Source: a virus. From it: a DNA stretch of 64,000 bases. Location of the stretch: IMG/VR virus record IMGVR_UViG_3300022925_000005. The stretch is one strand, 5' to 3'. A program made the position numbers and the translations under genes. Shown here piece by piece: positions 58,478-64,000 of this stretch. The notes under the pieces were generated by a model. It did no database searches. It saw nothing but the letters and a program-made list of their open reading frames with translations, and had not been told where the DNA came from. Each line of letters opens with the position of its first letter. The first letter of the stretch is position 1.

Positions 58478-58798
58478 TTATCCTAATGCTATTGCGAATG
58501 CGATTGCCGAATCCAATACATTTACCCCATCTACATTATATGAACCACCTTGTAATTCTATTGAACCAGAAAGAGCTATTGAACCACTTGATACGAGTAC
58601 AAATTCGGTATTATTATCCTTTTCATAACCCAAACTAAGAGAATCTCTTACACTTAGGTTAGTAAACTCTGCAGTATCTACCGAAATATCACCCTTAAAA
58701 CTTCCAGTAAAGGAACCAGTAAACGAACCACTTAAATCAGCATATGCCGATGGTGCTTGATTAATCGAACCCGAAAAACTTGGTGAATCTATTCTCAT
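58478..58798 (-). CDS. Small structural protein with SGS/TGS repeats
   Basis: LSGSFTGSFTGSF repeats, C-terminal AIAFAIALG. Confidence 0.65.
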   Translation of the reverse strand: MRIDSPSFSGSINQAPSAYADLSGSFTGSFTGSFKGDISVDTAEFTNLSVRDSLSLGYEKDNNTEFVLVSSGSIALSGSIELQGGSYNVDGVNVLDSAIAFAIALG

Positions 58799-58854
58799 AT
58801 CACTTTAAATCTATTCTTTGTAGATATAAATATAAAGTATTTATCTTTTACCTT

Positions 58855-59304
58855 CTAAGGTCTAGCAGGCCAAGTTAAAGAAAATGGATTTTCTTGTGAG
58901 GTTATATCTCTAAGTGATTGTCTGTAAGTTTGCCACTCAGTTAATGAGGAGCCTGTTATTGGGGAATCTTGGAATTGAGTCCAATCTGATTGTGATAATA
59001 AGTTATCTCTAAGTTCTCTAACTTCTAACCACTTTTCTTCTATTTTTGTTGAAATTTCTTCAGCAGATGCATCGGATTCGTTCCAAACTTGAATGTATGA
59101 TGAATCCACTAATATTGGTGTAGCTTCTTCGTAATTTTTTGTGTAATCAGTACCACATTCTACTGAATTTACTGGATATACATTGAAATCTGCTAAAATA
59201 TCATTAGTAATTGATAATGGGAAGCTAACATTAGGATTATCGATTTTTAAATCACTAAGTGTGTATGGATATATTATATTTTCGTTTTCTATCTTTAAAT
59301 ACAT
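58855..59304 (-). CDS. Phage tail fibre assembly chaperone
   Basis: R..R+.LL..SDWTQ..D.P....W..YRQ.LRDI..Q...W P motif; likely start ATG 59304. Confidence 0.85.
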   Translation of the reverse strand: MYLKIENENIIYPYTLSDLKIDNPNVSFPLSITNDILADFNVYPVNSVECGTDYTKNYEEATPILVDSSYIQVWNESDASAEEISTKIEEKWLEVRELRDNLLSQSDWTQFQDSPITGSSLTEWQTYRQSLRDITSQENPFSLTWPARP

Positions 59305-59306
59305 AA

Positions 59307-60182
59307 TTATTTCCAATTAAATGGTATTGATGCGTAGTTAGTTGCACCAGTACAATTGTTAAAAGCGTTTGTTCCCAATGGTTCAGGACTTCTAGTCCAT
59401 AATTCTTCAACATTTCCCCAAGAAGATGAACCATTATTTGTAGATGACATATTGAATATGTTCAAAAAGATACTAACATTTTGATTATATTGAAATGTAG
59501 GTATATTTGTTAATGCTCGGTTGTTTCTAAATGTTGATGAGAAGTTAATTACATTAGTATTATATCTGAATAACTCATTAGGTACACTTACTAATGATGT
59601 ACATGCGTTAAATGTTGATGAAAATGAAGATGCACCAGTACAAGCATCAAATAAGTTGTTGGGAACTGATGTTATCTTTGTAAATGAAAATGTATCCACA
59701 AATTCGTATGCAGATGTTGAGAAATCAAACAAACCAGATGGGATTGATGTAATACTTGTTCCCCTAAATGTGTTGTTCCATTGAGTTACCCTACCCAAAC
59801 CAGAAGTTGCGTTTGGAATTGATGTAATATTTACACATCCATAGAAATTTAAACTACGAAGTCCAACATTTCCCCAATCTAAGATTGCCGTATATAATGT
59901 TTTGTATATATCATTATCTACCCTAAAACCAGGTAATGAACCAATGATTGAAACAGTATATGTACCTGCTGAAGTATATGCATGAAATCTAGCACTATCA
60001 TTTACATCTGTTATAGTACTTTCAGATGTATCACCCCAATCTACTATAATATTAGGTTGTGTACCTGATACCGAAAATAAAGGTAACCCATACGTTTGGC
60101 CAGATGCCACTGTCAATTGAAATCTAAATGGTTCCACTGCTCCTCCTCCCGATGATGATACTAATCTTCTTGCTATACTCAT
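59307..60182 (-). CDS. PKD-like plus BspA/DUF285-type leucine-rich-repeat protein (putative adhesin)
   Basis: VDWGD...H.Y...GTY.+ PKD motif, followed by repeats of +TS+P..LF.......F..TF..C. Confidence 0.7.
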   Translation of the reverse strand: MSIARRLVSSSGGGAVEPFRFQLTVASGQTYGLPLFSVSGTQPNIIVDWGDTSESTITDVNDSARFHAYTSAGTYTVSIIGSLPGFRVDNDIYKTLYTAILDWGNVGLRSLNFYGCVNITSIPNATSGLGRVTQWNNTFRGTSITSIPSGLFDFSTSAYEFVDTFSFTKITSVPNNLFDACTGASSFSSTFNACTSLVSVPNELFRYNTNVINFSSTFRNNRALTNIPTFQYNQNVSIFLNIFNMSSTNNGSSSWGNVEELWTRSPEPLGTNAFNNCTGATNYASIPFNWK

Positions 60183-60201
60183 AATTCATAACTATTAACC
60201 T

Positions 60202-63200
60202 TTAACTCATATTTGCTGCGGATAGGAATCCGTAATACGATACCCCTCCATCATAAGTATAGAATACCAAAATATCCGTTCCAGCCGCAGTTAAAGCCGG
60301 TGCAACACCACCTGCCCATAATACTCCAGCTGGCCATGTGATTGCTTGTGAACCACCATTATTTAATACCAATGTAAATCCAAATGCTTTCGGAGCTGCC
60401 GGTGAATTTGTAAACGATATTGTTGATGTTGTGTTTACAGTGTACTCAAAGTTATTTGCTGATGTTAAATCGATTGATGTACTACCACCAGTTCCCAAAG
60501 TTGAATAAAGTTCAACAAAGTTTTTAGTGTGAATTGAGGTTGAACCACTAACTTCACCACTTGCGATTAAATCACCACTTAGGTTAACATCACCAACTAC
60601 ACTTAACGTAGTTCCATCGTAAACTAAATCAGTATTAACGTATTGGTAATTATTTGTATTATCCCAACGAACTACACCATCATCAGTTGTACCATTTTGA
60701 TTAATACTTGTTCCAGAAGAACCCGAAGAACCATGACTACCAGCACTACCATTAGTTCCATCAACACCATTCGTTCCATCAACACCACTCTCACCAGAAG
60801 TACCGGATGAACCACTACTACCAGCACTACCAAAGTTTGTACCATCTAAACCAGATGAACCCGATGTTCCGTTTGAACCAGTAATACCAGATGTACCAGA
60901 CGAACCCGCCCCAGACGTACCCGATGAACCCGATGTACCAAATAACGTACCATCAAGTCCAGAAGTACCGCTTATACCAGAAGTACCATCAGAACCAGAT
61001 AACCCTGATGTTCCAGATGAACCTGCACCAGAAGTACCCGAAGAACCAGAAGAACCAAATAAGGTACCATCTTGTCCAGATGTTCCACTAACACCCGAAG
61101 TACCCGATGAACCTATTCCAGATGTACCAGAAGAACCATCTATACCAGATGTTCCGTTAGTTCCTGATGAACCCGAAGAACCAAATAAAGTTCCATCTCT
61201 ACCAGATGTACCACTCGCACCAGATGTACCAGACGAACCAACTCCGCTTGTTCCAGAAGAACCACTTTGACCAGATGTACCATTAGTACCAGATGTACCA
61301 CTACTTCCGAATAAAGTTCCATCAAGTCCAGAAGTACCACTAACACCTGAAGTTCCATCAGAGCCCAATCCAGATGTACCACTACTTCCACTAACACCAG
61401 ATGTTCCAGAAGTACCAGACGAACCGAATAAAGTTCCATCTCTACCTGAGGTACCACCAGTACCAGAAGTACCATTTGAACCAATTAACCCATCTAATCC
61501 AGAAGTACCAGAAGAACCACTAACACCAGAAGTACCTGTTGTTCCAGAAGAACCGAATAAGGTTCCATCTCTACCACTTGTCCCAGAAGTACCCGAAGAA
61601 CCCAATCCGCTTGTTCCAGAAGAACCAGAAGAACCTGCTGTACCTGAAGAACCAGACGAACCAAATAAAGTTCCATCCTGTCCAGATGTTCCAGAAGTAC
61701 CATTACTTCCCAAACCAGAAGTACCAGATGAACCACTACTACCAGACGTACCAGTAGTACCTGAAGAACCAAATAATGTCCCATCAAGTCCGCTCGTTCC
61801 GCTGATACCAGAAGTACCCGAAGAACCTAATCCACTCGTACCCGATGAACCACTTGTTCCAGAAGAACCCGAAGAACCGCTTGAACCAAATAAAGTTCCA
61901 TCTCTACCAGATGTTCCAGCAGTACCTGATGAACCGAATCCAGATGTTCCAGATGAACCACTACTACCAGAAGTACCATCAACTCCAGAAGTACCACTAC
62001 TTCCGAATAAGGTACCATCCTGCCCAGAAGTTCCGCTGATACCTGAAGTACCTGAAGAACCCAATCCACTCGTACCAGATGAGCCAGATGAACCAGAAGT
62101 ACCAGTTGTACCAGATGAACCAAATAAAGTTCCATCTCTACCGCTTGTTCCAGAAGTTCCAGATGAACCTAACCCAGATGTACCACTGCTACCAGAAGAA
62201 CCAGAAGTTCCACTACTACCACTACTACCAAAGAATGTACCATCAACACCAGATGTACCACTTATACCAGAAGTACCACTACTTCCACTTACACCATCAG
62301 TACCAGTCGAACCTGATGAACCAGAAGTTCCAGCCTCACCTGATGTACCACTACTACCAAATAAGGTACCATCTTGTCCAGATGTTCCACTCACACCAGA
62401 TGTACCCGATGAACCGAATCCAGATGTTCCAGAAGAACCCGATGAACCCGATGTACCACTTATACCCGAAGAACCAGATGAACCGAAGAATGTACCATCT
62501 ACACCTGAAGTTCCAGAAGTACCAGCAGAACCACTTTCACCGCTTGTTCCAGATGAACCGCTACTACCACTTGTCCCACTTATACCAGATGAACCTGATG
62601 AACCAAAGAATGTTCCATCAACTCCAGAAGTACCACCAGTTCCAGTGGTTCCAGATGAACCCGATGAACCAGAACTTCCAGATGAGCCTGAGGTTCCAGA
62701 TGAACCACTACTACCAAATAAGGTACCATCTTGCCCAGATGAACCCGATGTACCAGAAGTACCAGCTGAACCACTACTACCACTTGTCCCACTACTACCA
62801 GAAGAACCTGAAGTTCCACTACTACCAGATGAACCACTTATACCACTTGTTCCAGATGTACCATCGGTACCAGTTGAACCTGATGTTCCAGATGAACCAG
62901 AAGTTCCGTTTGTACCAGATGTTCCAGATGTTCCGCTTGTGCCAGAAGTTCCAGAAGTACCCGATGTTCCATCAGTACCAGTTGAACCAGACGTACCTGA
63001 GGTACCATCCGTTCCAGATGTTCCGCTTGTTCCAGAAGTTCCCGAAGTACCATGCGAACCAGTTGTACCACTCGTACCAGAAGTACCACTACTTCCACTT
63101 GTCCCAGACGTTCCATCAGTACCAGAAGTTCCAGACGTACCGCTTGTTCCAGATGTACCTGATGTTCCACTTGTTCCAGAAGTACCACTACTACCTGATG

Positions 63201-64000
63201 TTCCAGAAGTACCAGATGACCCAGCTTGTCCAGATGTACCACTACTACCCGATGTTCCAGAAGTACCCGATGTTCCGCTTGTTCCAGAAGAACCACTACT
63301 TCCACTTGTCCCAGCTGAACCTGATGTTCCAGATGTACCATCTTCACCAGAAGTACCCGAAGAGCCAGATGTTCCAGATGTACCGGATGAACCCTCACTT
63401 CCAGAAGTACCACTACTACCACTACTTCCACTCGTTCCTGAAGTACCAGATGAACCACTCAATCCACTTGTACCAGATGAGCCAGATGAACCCGAAGTAC
63501 CAGATGAGCCGCTTGAACCGCTTGTTCCAGAAGAACCCGAAGAGCCGGTTGAACCAGATGTACCTGATGTTCCACTACTTCCACTACTACCAGACGAACC
63601 TGAAGAACCCGAAGTACCAGATGAACCTGAAGAGCCAGATGAACCAGAAGTTCCACTACTACCAGATGAACCAGATGAACCAGAAGTTCCAGATGTTCCA
63701 GAAGAGCCTGAAGAACCAGATGAGCCTGAGGTTCCAGATGTTCCAGATGTTCCACTACTACCACTACTTCCACTTGTCCCAGATGTTCCACTACTACCAC
63801 TTGTCCCAGATGTTCCACTACTACCAGAAGTTCCACTGGTACCAGATGTTCCGCTTGTCCCAGAAGAACCACTTGTCCCAGAAGTACCGCTTGTCCCAGA
63901 AGAACCAGAAGTTCCAGCTGAACCTGATGTTCCAGATGTACCACTTGAACCAGAAGAACCAGATGTACCTGAGGTACCACTACTTCCACTTGTCCCAGAT
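60202..64000 (-). CDS. Very long Gly-Ser-Thr repeat structural protein (5' end beyond window)
   Basis: The frame appears open to the window end (the track start at TTG 63462 is arbitrary); 17 DGT(L/F/N)FG-punctuated repeats; C-terminal beta domain with W..G.AP.LT..G.D+..F. Confidence 0.85.
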   Translation of the reverse strand, partial: SGTSGSSGTSGTSGSSGSSGTSGTSGSAGTSGSSGTSGTSGTSGSSGTSGTSGTSGTSGSSGTSGTSGSSGTSGTSGSSGSSGTSGTSGTSGSSGSSGSSGTSGTSGSSGSSGSSGTSGSSGSSGSSGTSGSSGSSGSSGSSGTSGTSGSTGSSGSSGTSGSSGSSGTSGSSGSSGTSGLSGSSGTSGTSGSSGSSGTSGSEGSSGTSGTSGSSGTSGEDGTSGTSGSAGTSGSSGSSGTSGTSGTSGTSGSSGTSGQAGSSGTSGTSGSSGTSGTSGTSGTSGTSGTSGTSGTDGTSGTSGSSGTSGTSGTTGSHGTSGTSGTSGTSGTDGTSGTSGSTGTDGTSGTSGTSGTSGTSGTSGTNGTSGSSGTSGSTGTDGTSGTSGISGSSGSSGTSGSSGSSGTSGSSGSAGTSGTSGSSGQDGTLFGSSGSSGTSGSSGSSGSSGSSGTTGTGGTSGVDGTFFGSSGSSGISGTSGSSGSSGTSGESGSAGTSGTSGVDGTFFGSSGSSGISGTSGSSGSSGTSGFGSSGTSGVSGTSGQDGTLFGSSGTSGEAGTSGSSGSTGTDGVSGSSGTSGISGTSGVDGTFFGSSGSSGTSGSSGSSGTSGLGSSGTSGTSGRDGTLFGSSGTTGTSGSSGSSGTSGLGSSGTSGISGTSGQDGTLFGSSGTSGVDGTSGSSGSSGTSGFGSSGTAGTSGRDGTLFGSSGSSGSSGTSGSSGTSGLGSSGTSGISGTSGLDGTLFGSSGTTGTSGSSGSSGTSGLGSNGTSGTSGQDGTLFGSSGSSGTAGSSGSSGTSGLGSSGTSGTSGRDGTLFGSSGTTGTSGVSGSSGTSGLDGLIGSNGTSGTGGTSGRDGTLFGSSGTSGTSGVSGSSGTSGLGSDGTSGVSGTSGLDGTLFGSSGTSGTNGTSGQSGSSGTSGVGSSGTSGASGTSGRDGTLFGSSGSSGTNGTSGIDGSSGTSGIGSSGTSGVSGTSGQDGTLFGSSGSSGTSGAGSSGTSGLSGSDGTSGISGTSGLDGTLFGTSGSSGTSGAGSSGTSGITGSNGTSGSSGLDGTNFGSAGSSGSSGTSGESGVDGTNGVDGTNGSAGSHGSSGSSGTSINQNGTTDDGVVRWDNTNNYQYVNTDLVYDGTTLSVVGDVNLSGDLIASGEVSGSTSIHTKNFVELYSTLGTGGSTSIDLTSANNFEYTVNTTSTISFTNSPAAPKAFGFTLVLNNGGSQAITWPAGVLWAGGVAPALTAAGTDILVFYTYDGGVSYYGFLSAANMS

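Noticed and set aside
26612-58833. T4-type TATAAATA late promoters driving plus-strand transcripts
   Set aside because: No credible plus-strand genes follow; the sites are positioned upstream of minus-strand starts. Antisense transcription cannot be excluded without data.
60891-63989. Multiple overlapping V/L/H-rich ORFs and the track start at 63462
   Set aside because: Same repeat artefact; the real GTS frame continues to the window end.
55850-64000. Periodic DNA that might be taken for a CRISPR array or satellite
   Set aside because: The periodicity is 9-nt codon-level with synonymous variation; there are no identical repeats with unique spacers and no cas operon. The Cas4-like gene at 5144 is a typical stand-alone phage exonuclease.
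1-64000. tRNA/rRNA genes, introns, inteins, alternative genetic code
   Set aside because: None recognised by eye. PolB, NrdA/B, helicase and RecA are uninterrupted and of normal length under code 11. A tRNAscan/Infernal run would be needed to exclude small RNAs.

Overview
A 64-kb segment of a large, AT-rich myovirus (contractile-tail dsDNA phage) with T4-like replication genes. Every credible gene is on the minus strand. The likely host is a Bacteroidota (probably Flavobacteria): 11 near-perfect TTTG-N19/20-TAnnTTTG promoters, a WCGNC thioredoxin and an Hc1-like protein point that way. In transcription order (right to left) the window contains four blocks. (1) Tail-fibre and accessory structural genes, including two Gly-Ser-Thr (Gly-X-Y) repeat proteins, one of which is a 4529-aa modular fibre with a C-terminal S74 chaperone. 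(2) Sheath, tube, tail chaperone with a probable +1/-2 programmed frameshift, tape measure and baseplate genes. (3) A minimal PolA-like gene, an endolysin and a replication/nucleotide block: gp32, UvsX/RecA, RNase H/5' exonuclease, helicase, NrdAB, thioredoxins, PolB, clamp and clamp loader. (4) A glycosyltransferase cluster. The most interesting candidates are: a putative DNA modification/restriction locus around PolB (two Mom-like paralogues, a DGQHR/DUF262-HNH protein, a GT-B glycosyltransferase and a DruA/DUF4338-like protein), in which the HNH/GT leader holds two tandem, covarying H-type pseudoknots; a SET-domain plus Hc1 histone-like pair; register-shifted Gly-X-Y repeats that suggest a polyproline-II bundle, possibly glycosylated; and a candidate late-promoter motif ATANTTATA. 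All assignments come from motif recognition by eye; no database searches were run.
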